From: Ignavibacteriota bacterium
GTDB lineage: Bacteria > Bacteroidota > Ignavibacteria > UBA10030 > UBA6906
Assembly: GCA_963801355.1 (NCBI GenBank)
Contig: CAWDEM010000004.1
Coordinates: 1,152,001 to 1,216,000 of the forward strand
DNA length: 64,000 bases
Reading direction: 5' to 3'
Every line of letters starts with the position of its first letter. Position 1 is the stretch's first letter. Under the pieces are notes generated by a model that saw nothing but the letters and a program-made list of their open reading frames with translations, had not been told where the DNA came from and made no database searches. Of the stretch, positions 30,701 to 39,952 are shown piece after piece. A program made the position numbers and the translations under genes.

Positions 30701-30904
30701 CCGGACAACGGGATTTTTGTGGCATGTGCGAATCCGTTCAATGCCGGCAGGAACATCTACCTCTTCGTCAGCAACAGCGCACTGCAACAGTACCAGATGA
30801 CAAAGCGATTTCAGGCACTTCCGTCATGGGCGGTGTTCAAGGGAGAACAGGTGGTCGAGAAGGGATACCATGAAGTGCCGGGATTGAGCGTGACTCTGGA
30901 GTAG
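27734..30904 (+). CDS. Secreted multidomain protein: CBM4/9-like domain, Ntn-hydrolase (phospholipase B/C45-like) and M1-like C-terminal region
   Basis: Signal peptide; NPGFE...AWFDDVEV beta-sandwich; HIEGEPYQRGYQYG and HK|CSSFLA putative autoproteolytic Cys; NNNGLYTNDWLIGD; C-terminal RGTYALHQLR..LG...F segment with no HEXXH seen. Confidence 0.7.
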   Translation: MNYCRVVCAGGMVLAVLFAVAALAQSKPMVLTNPGFELADQSGRATAWSVHGSTDGVTTAVDRSVSHSGSASLMCHAPAPGSCTVASAPLTLVVGRLYRLAVWIKTDGAVADPTSRYPTAVSATATMASFPFETHATVVGGTHDWTRSEILFFATRAADSVLLHLGLNGRATGKAWFDDVEVEEVDDIAAYVPLETVKWFGPAFRYTDKGWTFVHIEGEPYQRGYQYGSLLSREIGIFIDKLAIRQNGDNPRAGWVELRTLTDALLLRKYDKEYLEEMKGIADGAANAGGTSGGRPIDLLDIVTLNSSVDLGQLGSALNETAHSLSGRSFNKEQEEAQAAERLHKCSSFLANGPATTDGGIVFAQLFMWGGYTGVHWDVICDVQPSRGHRLVYETFPGGVHSGADFYINDAGIMIGETTTMQTPFDINGEPQSSRIRRAAQYASSIDQVVNILTQNNNGLYTNDWLIGDARTNEIAILLLGTKKWKLWRSSSGEFPGDTKGFYWSVNNAKDPEVRKEFVPDPSNAPFDVVYSNVNRDLAFTQFYQREKGKIDAGSAVRVIASSPVNRPHACDGKVTTSAMASHMMFLAHYGKVTLREKMPEKGSRLMPDLPNVIPHLSLGYSVINPVYIVEKVKASRRIPPPDRKPVVDLADVKDIYSFDKQRLWINTVYPATEGDNWFASATAAYWQMLNGMTADPSSTMPVLRDGLAEMNCRLLYTVAREGTMVPVKAQRVYDRFNNYVIPRIRGTYALHQLRLALGNTPFADVMNAVHTRFREKPMTTKQFIAAAEEISGKPVAALVLPWLDRDDLPQVSVAASLSGEDLVLHIQQTGTPYLFSTAVEIVTDKGSVWKPVAVRSGDERVTLRVAGTPRTVVFNAGNDIPVQRMEYATFSNFFDDFSSTTIVYGTTRQIEANHTAALKFQTVLADQFTEIFSPLRQDAEMNRQEMAKGDLIVLGGASDNSLAALCAGNAGLTLGQNWFRWRGRLYAEPDNGIFVACANPFNAGRNIYLFVSNSALQQYQMTKRFQALPSWAVFKGEQVVEKGYHEVPGLSVTLE

Positions 30905-30922
30905 TCATTCGCACCGGCACAC

Positions 30923-32263
30923 TCAACTCTTCATACGCGAGAAGTGACGAAGGAGCAGAAACAGGGGATAGCCACCCAGAAGAAACAGGAGTCCCACCCA
31001 GACGGAACCCGGCTGTGAGAGGACGACATATACCGTAATCATGAGCAGCGTGAGAATGAACAGAGCGGGCAAAAGGGGGAACAACGGTGCTCTGTAGTAC
31101 CCCTCTGTTTCACCGATCCTGCGGGCGCGGAGAACGAACACGGTTGATGCGACGAGTGCGATGTTGATGGAATCGAAGAGCATAACATAGTTCATCAGGC
31201 GCTCGAATGTTCCGAGGAGGAAGATTGAGAGAACGATAATGCCGCCGAAGAAAAGGAGTGTGAACTCCTGCGCTTGCGTTCTGGGATTGACCTGCATGAA
31301 GCAATGCGGAATTGTGCCGTCAGCCGCCATCGCATAGTACGCACGAGGGATCGTCATCAGTGTCACGTTGAGAAACCCCATTGCTGAAAGAAAAATGGCA
31401 ATGGAGATGACGGTCTGTCCGTGTTCTCCAAACACCACGCGCGCCAGCTCTCCCGCAACGAGTTGTGACGATGCCACCCCCGCCATGCCGAGTACCGAGA
31501 CATAGCAGGCATTGATCAGGAGATACAGCCCCACAATGATCGCGATGCCGAAGAAGATTGCCCGTGGCATAGTGCGGGAAGCTGATCGGACGTCGGCGCC
31601 GAAATTGATGGTTTGCTGATACCCTCCGTAGGTATAGAACACCGAGATCATGCCGACACCGAGGCCGAGAAGCGGCGAAGTCATATCCGGCGTCGCCGCC
31701 GCGGGCGAAGCCGCCGCACCCCCCCTGGCAAACGATGCGCCGATGAGAGAGAGCACCATGATGATCTTGACAACAGTCAGGATGTTTTGAGTCCTGGCCC
31801 CCGCCTTGATCCCCAGGAAGTTTATCCCCAGAAGGAGCGTGACGAGTACCGCTGCAGTGCACTGTGCGTTGAGGGGAGTGCGGGCTTCCGGCGGGAGAAG
31901 AGCCGTGATCAGGTACTCGGCGCCGATCATTCCCACCGCTGCGCTCCCCACCCCGTTGACCAATGTGACGTTTGTGTAATTGAGCATGAACGCCACCGAC
32001 GGATGGTAGAGCTCCGCCACCACTTTGTAGTAAGCCCCGGGCTGTGGATACCGGGAGCCGATTTCCGCAAATGTGAGCGCACCCATCAGGCTGATCACGC
32101 CCCCGAGTATCCACGCGGTGAAGAAGAGCGCTGCGGATCCGGTGTGCGTCGCCACGAGAGAGGGTGTGCGGAAGATTCCTATGCCGATGACCAGACTGAC
32201 CACGATCATGCTGGTATCGAATATGCCCAGACGTGGTTTCAGGATTGGGGTGTCGGGTGTCAT
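30923..32263 (-). CDS. APC-family amino acid permease
   Basis: VIGIGIFRTP, GALTFAEIG..YPQPG, YTYGGYQ, PRAYYAMAADG; about 12 TM segments. Confidence 0.9.
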   Translation of the reverse strand: MTPDTPILKPRLGIFDTSMIVVSLVIGIGIFRTPSLVATHTGSAALFFTAWILGGVISLMGALTFAEIGSRYPQPGAYYKVVAELYHPSVAFMLNYTNVTLVNGVGSAAVGMIGAEYLITALLPPEARTPLNAQCTAAVLVTLLLGINFLGIKAGARTQNILTVVKIIMVLSLIGASFARGGAAASPAAATPDMTSPLLGLGVGMISVFYTYGGYQQTINFGADVRSASRTMPRAIFFGIAIIVGLYLLINACYVSVLGMAGVASSQLVAGELARVVFGEHGQTVISIAIFLSAMGFLNVTLMTIPRAYYAMAADGTIPHCFMQVNPRTQAQEFTLLFFGGIIVLSIFLLGTFERLMNYVMLFDSINIALVASTVFVLRARRIGETEGYYRAPLFPLLPALFILTLLMITVYVVLSQPGSVWVGLLFLLGGYPLFLLLRHFSRMKS

Positions 32264-32435
32264 GCAGGTTCCTGGCGCGAATTCCCCGATTGTAGCCAAT
32301 ATTCGGCACATATCCAAGATGCCGGAGGAAAAATTTCCACCGGAAGGCGTTCACCTTTTGGGCCCCCAATGCATCAACATACAGAAGGCTGGAGAGCAAA
32401 ATCCAACAATTCCAACAACTGTGTGGAGGTGCGTC

Positions 32436-33764
32436 ATGAGAATAGCCGCGAGTCTGCTGCTGCCGCTTCTACTGACCGTCCAGAGCATGGCATTCACATT
32501 CCCACCGCGGGAGAGAGTCCATTTCGAAGGACGCGTGAGCTGTCCCGCCGTCTCCACCGCCGGCGGCCGCGTGTATGTGCGGCTTGCCATAGCTACCCGT
32601 GATCACCATCGGCCGGAACGCCGGCCCGTGAACCTCTGCGTTGTACTGGACAGGAGCGGCTCGATGTCGGAAGAGTCAAAAATGAATTATGCGAGGGCGG
32701 CACTGGTTGCCTTGATCGATCAGTTGAAGCGGGACGACATCTTTTCGCTCGTCATCTACGATGATGTGGTCGAAGTGGTCAGAGCCGCTGCACGCGTGGG
32801 TTCAGAGAAGGAGCGCATCCGGAATCTTGTTGAAGATATCAACCCCCGCGGATGGACAAACCTCGGCGGCGGCATGCTTGAAGGATTCCGGCAGGTCGAG
32901 AAGAACAGCTGCAGGGAATATGTGAACCGTGTCATTCTACTGTCTGACGGCCTGGCCAATCAGGGGATCACTGATCCGTACCGGTTGCAGGGCATTGCGC
33001 GAAAACAACGGGAGCATGCTATTTCGCTCTCCACCATCGGCGTCGGGCTGGACTATAATGAAAACCTGATGGTCGGCCTCTCAGAAAATGGAGGCGGCAA
33101 CTACTACTTCCTGGAAAGCTCGCGCAACCTCGCCGCCGTCCTGAGGAAGGAATTTGACCGGCTTTCGGACGTGATGGCGCAGAATGTCGTTGTCGAGCTT
33201 GAGCTCGGCCGCGGAGTCACCTTGCTCGACGCCATCGGATACAACCATCACAGCACCGGGCAGAACGTGCAGATAGCTGTGGGTGATCTCTACGGAGAAG
33301 ATACCCGGGAAATTATCCTGGAATTGGAAGTCCCTCCGGGCGCCGGGTCATTGACGATTGCGAAGGGGAGACTCGTTGCAGCAGCATCATCGGAAGGGAG
33401 CGATCTCGGATCGTTTGCCAGCGGTATCAAGTATGAAACTGATGCAGCAGCAGTCGACCGGCAAAGGGATCTGGAAGAGCAGGCCAGGGCGGATGTGGCG
33501 GTATCGACCCGCAACGTGTTGAAGGCGATGGAAATGCTTGACAAGGGGGACAAGGAGGAAGCCTCGCGCACATTGGCCGGGGCGAATGAAATGCTCCTTG
33601 CCTCGCCGGCCGCCGCCGCCCCGGGGGCTGCCGGAAGCGCCATCCGGGATCAGGTGGCGCGGATCAAGGGATATGATGAGACACTGCGGAGCGACGACAA
33701 GGATGGCCGCCGCGCGAAGAAGTCCATACAGTACGAGAATTACCAGCAGCAGAAGCAGAAATGA
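32436..33764 (+). CDS. Secreted vWA-domain protein (YfbK-like)
   Basis: Signal peptide; RPVNLCVVLDRSGSM MIDAS motif, GWTNLGGG, ILLSDGLANQG, GGGNYYF; SD GGAGGT. Confidence 0.88.
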   Translation: MRIAASLLLPLLLTVQSMAFTFPPRERVHFEGRVSCPAVSTAGGRVYVRLAIATRDHHRPERRPVNLCVVLDRSGSMSEESKMNYARAALVALIDQLKRDDIFSLVIYDDVVEVVRAAARVGSEKERIRNLVEDINPRGWTNLGGGMLEGFRQVEKNSCREYVNRVILLSDGLANQGITDPYRLQGIARKQREHAISLSTIGVGLDYNENLMVGLSENGGGNYYFLESSRNLAAVLRKEFDRLSDVMAQNVVVELELGRGVTLLDAIGYNHHSTGQNVQIAVGDLYGEDTREIILELEVPPGAGSLTIAKGRLVAAASSEGSDLGSFASGIKYETDAAAVDRQRDLEEQARADVAVSTRNVLKAMEMLDKGDKEEASRTLAGANEMLLASPAAAAPGAAGSAIRDQVARIKGYDETLRSDDKDGRRAKKSIQYENYQQQKQK

Positions 33765-33775
33765 AGCACCATGGC

Positions 33776-33828
33776 GTCAGACCCCTGTGCACAGGGGGTC
33801 TGACCCCGGTTTTTCCTGGCCTGACCCC
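33776..33828. repeat. REP-like palindrome cluster (GGGGTCTGACCCC type)
   Basis: GTCAGACCCC-TGTGCACAG-GGGGTCTGAC hairpin (33776-33804); palindrome GGGGTCTGACCCC (33795-33807); variant GGCCTGACCCC (33818-33828). Confidence 0.6.
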
Positions 33829-34547
33829 AGTTTGTCTTTCATCCTTTCCCACACCAACCGATTCACTTCCCTCGTCGACATGCCGGAAAAAACAGAATAA
33901 GGGATTGCCGGGAGAACCTGCAGACGCACGTCGGGACTCTTCTGAAGGAGCATCCCTTTTTTGGCAAGAGCCCGTGCGGTTCCATCGATGACGATCGGAA
34001 GAATTGGGCAGTGTGTCCGCAAGGCCAGCTCAAATGCCCCATCTTTGAATGGTCGCATCGCGCCATCGGGCGACCGCGTGCCTTCGGGGAACATCATCAG
34101 AGAATTCCCGGCCTTTAGCGCTTCCTCGCATGCCCGCATCATCTGAAGGTTTCCCTTTATCGTCCCGCGGGCAATGGGAATGTACCGGTTCAGGCTCATG
34201 TTCCATCCGATCAGGGGCGCGTGGAAGTTCTCCACCTTGGAGACCCACTTGTAATGAAGGCGGAGACGGAAGAGCAACAGGATATCCACGAACGATTGAT
34301 GGTTGGCAACGATGACATGAGGTACATCACCGGGGAGATGTTCCTCCCCGGTGATGCGAACCTTCCATATTGGCGTGCACCACGTGTAGAGTGAACCCCA
34401 TAGCGATGTGAATCGGTGGAGAATCCTCAGTCGGCTGTCGAACGGCGAGGTCGCCAATCTGATCAACAGTGCCACCGGGTACAGCAGGAGAGAGCTGAGG
34501 GCCATGAATGTCCAGAAGTACACCGACACCAGAACACGTATGAGCAT
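33777..34547 (-). CDS. Lysophospholipid acyltransferase (PlsC family)
   Basis: NHQSFVD (HX4D), FPEGTRS, PFKDGAF, PILPIVI. Confidence 0.92.
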   Translation of the reverse strand: MLIRVLVSVYFWTFMALSSLLLYPVALLIRLATSPFDSRLRILHRFTSLWGSLYTWCTPIWKVRITGEEHLPGDVPHVIVANHQSFVDILLLFRLRLHYKWVSKVENFHAPLIGWNMSLNRYIPIARGTIKGNLQMMRACEEALKAGNSLMMFPEGTRSPDGAMRPFKDGAFELALRTHCPILPIVIDGTARALAKKGMLLQKSPDVRLQVLPAIPYSVFSGMSTREVNRLVWERMKDKLGSGQEKPGSDPLCTGV

Positions 34548-34586
34548 CAGCTATCTCTTCCTGATGAGCAGCCCGAGAATTGTGGA

Positions 34587-37101
34587 TTATTCCGGCTTCA
34601 GGAGCTTCTCCAGGATCCCGCGCTGCCATTCGGTCCAACGGTGTTTGTCGACTACCGCGGTGAAAAGCTCCCTGTGCGCTGACTGCCGGAGAAAATATGC
34701 GGTGACCTCTGCCGCTGGTCCGCGAAGCCGGTTGTTGGGGTGGATCAACGCATCACACAGGTTCAAAACACACGTCGAGTCGAGATGGTTCAGTGAGCGG
34801 AGGGCTTCGAAGGCATTCACCCGTGTGCGGTACTCAAAGGACGGTCCCGCCATGTCCACGAGGGAATCCAGCGACGCGCGGTCGCCGGTTGCAGCCTTGA
34901 TGTTGTACCGGAGGACGCGTAGCTGGTTCCCGATCCCACGATCATCCCTTGTCAATGTCAGGTAGTGGGTACGTCGATGCGGGAACTGTGCGCTCAATTT
35001 CTCCATGGCGGATGCCGCGAGGGCATAGGAGGAGTCGGTGATCAGCCCTTCAAATGATGGACGCAGCTCCTCCGGGATGCGGTCGACAGCCGAGAGGGCG
35101 GCCGACCGTACCTCCACTGCCGGGTCGGCAATTGCCCGCAGGAGAAGGGCCCGGGACCCGGGAGAGTCGTCTCCGCCGATCTGTTTTATCACCTCAGCCC
35201 GCATGCCGGGAAAGCGTTCACGGGCAAACACCTTTGTCAGGAGATTCCTTTTTGCATCAGCCGGAGTCCCGGCGAGCGCGTGCAACGCATCGAAACGGTC
35301 AATCATTTCGGGAGCGCCCATCACCTGGGCTTCGAGCTCGGCGAAGGATTTTGGAAAGGATATGCTCTTCGTAATCCAACTCCCTGGATCACACAGGACA
35401 AACGCGATCTCCCGCCCGCCGGGATTCGGCACAGACACCGTCTGGGATTGTTGCGCAACCATCTGGCGCGTCCGGTCGACACTGCCATCCCGGTAGTGCA
35501 CTTCGAACACCACCGGCATGGCAAACAACTTCACCAGGTCATTGGTCTGATGTACCTGTTGAATCAGCACGTCAGTCCGGCGTTGACCTGCGCGTGCAGT
35601 GACATCCTGATAGGAAACGACATAACGGGGTTCACCGCCGCGGTAGATCCACTCTTCGAAGAACCAGCGGGGCGACACGCCGAGTACATCCTGGAATGCC
35701 TGGTAAAGGTCATTGGTTTCGACGTTGGCGTAGGCGTGCTGTTGCAGATAGTGTGTGATGACGCGCCGGACCTCCTCTTCGCCGAACACGTATCGCATCA
35801 TGTCGATGACCGTGGAGCCTTTGCGATATACCCTGTCCGAACCCGCACGGGAGTGCAGGATGGGGAAAAGGTCCTGTTCCGATGCGCGAAGCGCAGTATC
35901 CTGCTCCCGGCGGCGCTCCCACTGATATGCATCCTCGCCGCCGATGTCTTTCAAGAAGAGCTTTGCATAGAAGGTGGCGAAGCTTTCATGAAGCCATGAT
36001 TGTCTCCCGCTTCGCCCGGTCACGAAGTCACCGAACCATTGATGTGCAAGTTCGTGCACATTGACGCTGACGTAATTCCGGTCGAGGAACGCGCGGCGAT
36101 CGACAAGAAAAAAATCGCCGAACACGGTGGCCGTCGTGTTCTCCATTCCGCCATAGAGAAAATCCTGAACCGGGATCTGCGCGTACGATTCCCATGGGTA
36201 GGGGATACCCGTTTCACGTTCCATGAAATCAACTGCTTCGGCGGAATACCGATATGTTGGCTCGACGCGCTCCGGGTATTCCGGATAATACCAGAGATGC
36301 AGGGGGACTCCACTGCGCGAATGCCGCTCTTCCACATCATACTTCCCGATGCCGAGCATGACCAGATATACTGAGTGTGGATGGGACATACGGTAGTGCC
36401 ATGTCGTCGTGCCGCCGCTATTCCGGCGCTGGTCCACGAGTGTGCCGTTGGAGAGCACGCGATACCCGCTATCGAACGTGATGATGGTTTCCGTTGTGAG
36501 CTTGTCGTTCGGCTCGTCGTAGCAAGGAATCCAGTGTCGGTTGTCGTTGCCCTGTCCCTGCGTCCAAACTTGCTTCCTGCTTCGCCCGGTGGGGTCGTTC
36601 CACCCGACGAAGTAGATGCCCTGGCGCGGTGTCGCTTCGTACACAAACGCGACGCTGTCGATGGTGTTCCAGTGCAGCGGCCGCGCAAAGTGTACGGTGA
36701 CTCCCTCCGGCGATATACTGAAAGGCACAGAAGAGCCGTTCGCCCGGGCCGAGATGATACGGATGCCCGGCGCGTTAAAGAACAGGGAGTCCACGCGTGC
36801 CCGCAACGGGGAGAATTGATGCGTGACTGTTCCCCTGACTAGCCCGATTGCGGGTTCGAAGGAGACCTCCAGCCGCATATGCCGCATGTCCACCTGGTGT
36901 TCGGCTGGTTCGTACTCCGGTTCATCGTACCAACGGGCCGTCGGACTTTCCTGCGCGTGCAGCCCTCCCATGGTGAACAGCACCGCGAGGAGCAGTGATC
37001 CATCGCCGGCCCTGCTTCCGTGCCCAATGCCCAGTGCCTCGTGCCCAATGCCCAGTACCCCGTGCCCTATGCCCAGTACCTCGTGCCATCTTTCGCTTCA
37101 T
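34587..37101 (-). CDS. M1-family aminopeptidase with HEAT-like C-terminus; signal-peptide region probably frameshifted
   Basis: GGMEN, HELAHQWFGD...WLHE, VYRKGS. The open frame covers 34587-36983. The likely true start is ATG 37101, overlapping the S9 stop, which needs one indel near 36995. Confidence 0.88.
37019..37087 (+). repeat. 21-bp tandem repeat (3.3 copies) built from TGCCCAR-like heptamers
   Basis: CGTGCCCAATGCCCAGTGCCT / CGTGCCCAATGCCCAGTACCC / CGTGCCCTATGCCCAGTACCT / CGTGCC. Confidence 0.9.
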
Positions 37102-39920
37102 TTCACTTCGAGCCCCAGTGTTTTTCCTTTGTTGATCGCCGGAACGCCGTCCTTCATCCACACCGGCATCGGGGCGTCTTTCAGAAAGTGATCGAAGAAC
37201 TGCATCATGCGGACCGACAGGTCCTTGCTGTTTTTGCGGAGCGTGAGATTGTGCGCTTCACCGTTGTATGTCAGCATCCAGCTTTGCTTCCCGAGCCGCC
37301 GCATCGCAGTGAACAGTTCGATCCCCTGGTACCAGGGAACCGCGCCGTCGTTGTCGTTCGCCATGATCAGTAGCGGCGTCGTGACCTTATCAACAAAGAA
37401 GAGGGGGGAATTCTCGATGTAGAGATCACGCTTGTCCCACAGAGTTCCGCCAATGCGACTCTGGTTCTTTTCGTACTGAAACATGCGGCTCATGCCGGAT
37501 TCCCAGCGGATCCCGCCGTACGCGCTGGTCATGTTCGAGACCGGCGCACCCGCCATCGCCGCCCGGAACATCGATGTCTGCGTGACGAGGTAGGCCGTCT
37601 GGTAGCCTCCCCAGCTCTGTCCCTGAAGGCCGATCCGCGTGGGATCAACGAATCCCGCGGCAATGAGTTTCTTCACGCCGGGGACAATACATTCATAGGC
37701 GCTCTTCCCCGGATGGCCCACGCGATAGCGTATGTCGGGGATGAACACCAGGTAGCCGTTGCTGACGCAGTACGCCGGATTGATGGTTGACCTGCTTGGC
37801 TGAGGCGGTGTGTACCTGTGCAGGAGATCCGAATTCCGCTCATAGTAGTACAACAGCATCGGATACTTCCGTTTCGGATCAAAGTTTTCGGGTTTGTACA
37901 GCAGTCCTTCGAGGGGTGTGTTGTCAGGCGTTTTCCATGCGAAGAGTTCCACTGTCCCCCAGAGGAACTCCTTCTGCTGAGGGTTGATGTCGCTGATGCG
38001 CCGCATGTCCGTGAAGCGGCGGCCATGAACGACATAGAGGTCGGGACACATGCTGAAACTGGATATTGTGAAGATGAACGTGCTGTCGCCCTTTGCCTTG
38101 AGCGGCGTGCTGAAATCGCGGGATTCGAGGATCAGGCGTTGCGGCGTCCCCGGTGAGTCGACCCGCAGCACCGCGAATCCGGCATCCTTGGTGGTTCTGT
38201 TGAAAACTCTGAGGAGCATGGTACTTCCGGGCCCGATGAAACGCTCCTCAGGGTCGGTCCGGATGTAACGGTACATCGTCCGGTGCGCACGTCCGGCCCC
38301 CGCCGTGAGATTTGTTGCGGGCCGGACTCCGATTGGATCGACAGCCCAGATGTCATACCTGTCATAGACCAGCAGAGTGGAGTCTCCGCCCGTCCATCCC
38401 GGAGAGCCGTGGGACGGAGGATCGTCGGGCACGTCGCTGAGTTCGTTGTATAACGGGACGGGGATAGACCCGGTCACCCGTGTGGATGTGCGTGTCTGCA
38501 CGTCCATGGTGTACCAGTGCCGGCGCCCCATATCATACCAGCTGATGTACCGGGCACGCGGGGAGAGTGATGCGGTACCTTTGAGCTTCTCGATCACTCT
38601 TGTTGCCGCTCCGGTTTTGACGTCGATCAGATACACATCGTTGAAGGGATGGTCCTCCCACGAGACCAATTTGCGGTATGGCACGTCAGCCAGGCCGATT
38701 GCCATCGATGCGTTTCCTTCATCGCCTACGGTTACCTCCGGGATTTGAAGGTTGGCGATTTGGGTGAATTCCCGCGATGCCGGGTTGAGCACCGCGAGAA
38801 ACGACCGCTTTTGTTCCCGGGCAAGGTCGTGTACCTGCTGAGACTGGATGAAATCGTCCTCCCAGCTCCAGATATCCAGTTTCGGAGTGACTTCCTCGTT
38901 CATTGTGGTATCTTCCGGCAGGGGAATCGGTGCTGTGCCGAAGTACAGACGTTTGCCATTCCTGGAGAACGACGGCTGGCGATGCTCGCTGAGCAGCCAA
39001 CTCCGGGGGAAGTTCACCATGGACGTATCGGCGAGCAGGGCCGCCGAATCACTGCCCGGCTGCCAATAGTAGAGTGCAAAGAAACGTTGCTTGTTCTTGG
39101 ACGTGTCCCGATCAGCCAGGAATGCCGCCTGGGTGCCCTCCTCATCCCACGCAAGTTGCTTGTACACCCCTTTCCCTCTGCTCAGCGTGTCCAGATGGCG
39201 GTTCGTTGTGGTGAAGAGAAACACGCCCGGTAGTGTGGTGCTGTCATTGCCTGTGGATGCAAAGATCAGGGACCGGCCGTTTTTGGAGAAGAGGAACTCA
39301 TTGACAAGCGGGAATTGGAATTCCTCGCCCGAGACGAGCTCCCGCGCGACGAGTGTTGTTCCCGGTTCGTCCTTTTTCTCATTTTCATCAGTTGCTGCGT
39401 CCGTTCGCGGGCCTGCCTTTGCGCTGGATGTACCCGAGTCGGACTTCGCTGCCTCTTTGAAGAGTTGGTACGCAATCCATCCCGCCCCCTTCTCCGGAAG
39501 TCTGAAGGACTTCACGCGCGGGATGCGCACGACGGTGTCTCTTCCAAATTCCAGGATTCCGAGTGAGTCTTTGGGCAGTTCATCGGCTGTCTTCTTGGCG
39601 ATCTTCGCCTTGCGCACGTCGGCGAAGAACGGTTTGATGGTAAATGCCACAAACCGGGAGTCCTCGGAAATCCGCGGGGCGTTGCCGCGTGCAACAGTAT
39701 CCGCCTTGCCGGAGCCGGCGTTGTATACAACGAGGCGGCTGTCCCCCTCCTGGGGTTCGACAACGTACACTATCCATTTGCCGTCTTTGGAAATGCATTC
39801 GCCCGACACCTTGTTCCAGCTGTCGTACACTGAGTGGTTGAGGGGTCTTTTCTCGGCCGCGTGCACACCCGGAAGAAGAGTAATTGCCAGGAAGCAGGTC
39901 TTGATGAATGTTGTGCGCAT
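37098..39920 (-). CDS. S9 (prolyl oligopeptidase family) serine peptidase, secreted
   Basis: Signal peptide, beta-propeller-like region, GQSWGG nucleophile, DNDGAVP, GEAH. Confidence 0.93.
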   Translation of the reverse strand: MRTTFIKTCFLAITLLPGVHAAEKRPLNHSVYDSWNKVSGECISKDGKWIVYVVEPQEGDSRLVVYNAGSGKADTVARGNAPRISEDSRFVAFTIKPFFADVRKAKIAKKTADELPKDSLGILEFGRDTVVRIPRVKSFRLPEKGAGWIAYQLFKEAAKSDSGTSSAKAGPRTDAATDENEKKDEPGTTLVARELVSGEEFQFPLVNEFLFSKNGRSLIFASTGNDSTTLPGVFLFTTTNRHLDTLSRGKGVYKQLAWDEEGTQAAFLADRDTSKNKQRFFALYYWQPGSDSAALLADTSMVNFPRSWLLSEHRQPSFSRNGKRLYFGTAPIPLPEDTTMNEEVTPKLDIWSWEDDFIQSQQVHDLAREQKRSFLAVLNPASREFTQIANLQIPEVTVGDEGNASMAIGLADVPYRKLVSWEDHPFNDVYLIDVKTGAATRVIEKLKGTASLSPRARYISWYDMGRRHWYTMDVQTRTSTRVTGSIPVPLYNELSDVPDDPPSHGSPGWTGGDSTLLVYDRYDIWAVDPIGVRPATNLTAGAGRAHRTMYRYIRTDPEERFIGPGSTMLLRVFNRTTKDAGFAVLRVDSPGTPQRLILESRDFSTPLKAKGDSTFIFTISSFSMCPDLYVVHGRRFTDMRRISDINPQQKEFLWGTVELFAWKTPDNTPLEGLLYKPENFDPKRKYPMLLYYYERNSDLLHRYTPPQPSRSTINPAYCVSNGYLVFIPDIRYRVGHPGKSAYECIVPGVKKLIAAGFVDPTRIGLQGQSWGGYQTAYLVTQTSMFRAAMAGAPVSNMTSAYGGIRWESGMSRMFQYEKNQSRIGGTLWDKRDLYIENSPLFFVDKVTTPLLIMANDNDGAVPWYQGIELFTAMRRLGKQSWMLTYNGEAHNLTLRKNSKDLSVRMMQFFDHFLKDAPMPVWMKDGVPAINKGKTLGLEVK

Positions 39921-39952
39921 AGTCTCTTGTCGTTGGTATTCTGAAGGTATGA

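Noticed and set aside
32073-32435. N-terminal extensions in the ORF track (vWA from 32073, also 6363, 7130, 13336, 21055, 27614, 52224, 58685)
   Set aside because: They overlap neighbouring genes or promoters; downstream starts have an SD, a stop-start overlap or a signal peptide.
37019-37087. CRISPR array
   Set aside because: The repeats are contiguous with no spacers, and no cas genes are present.
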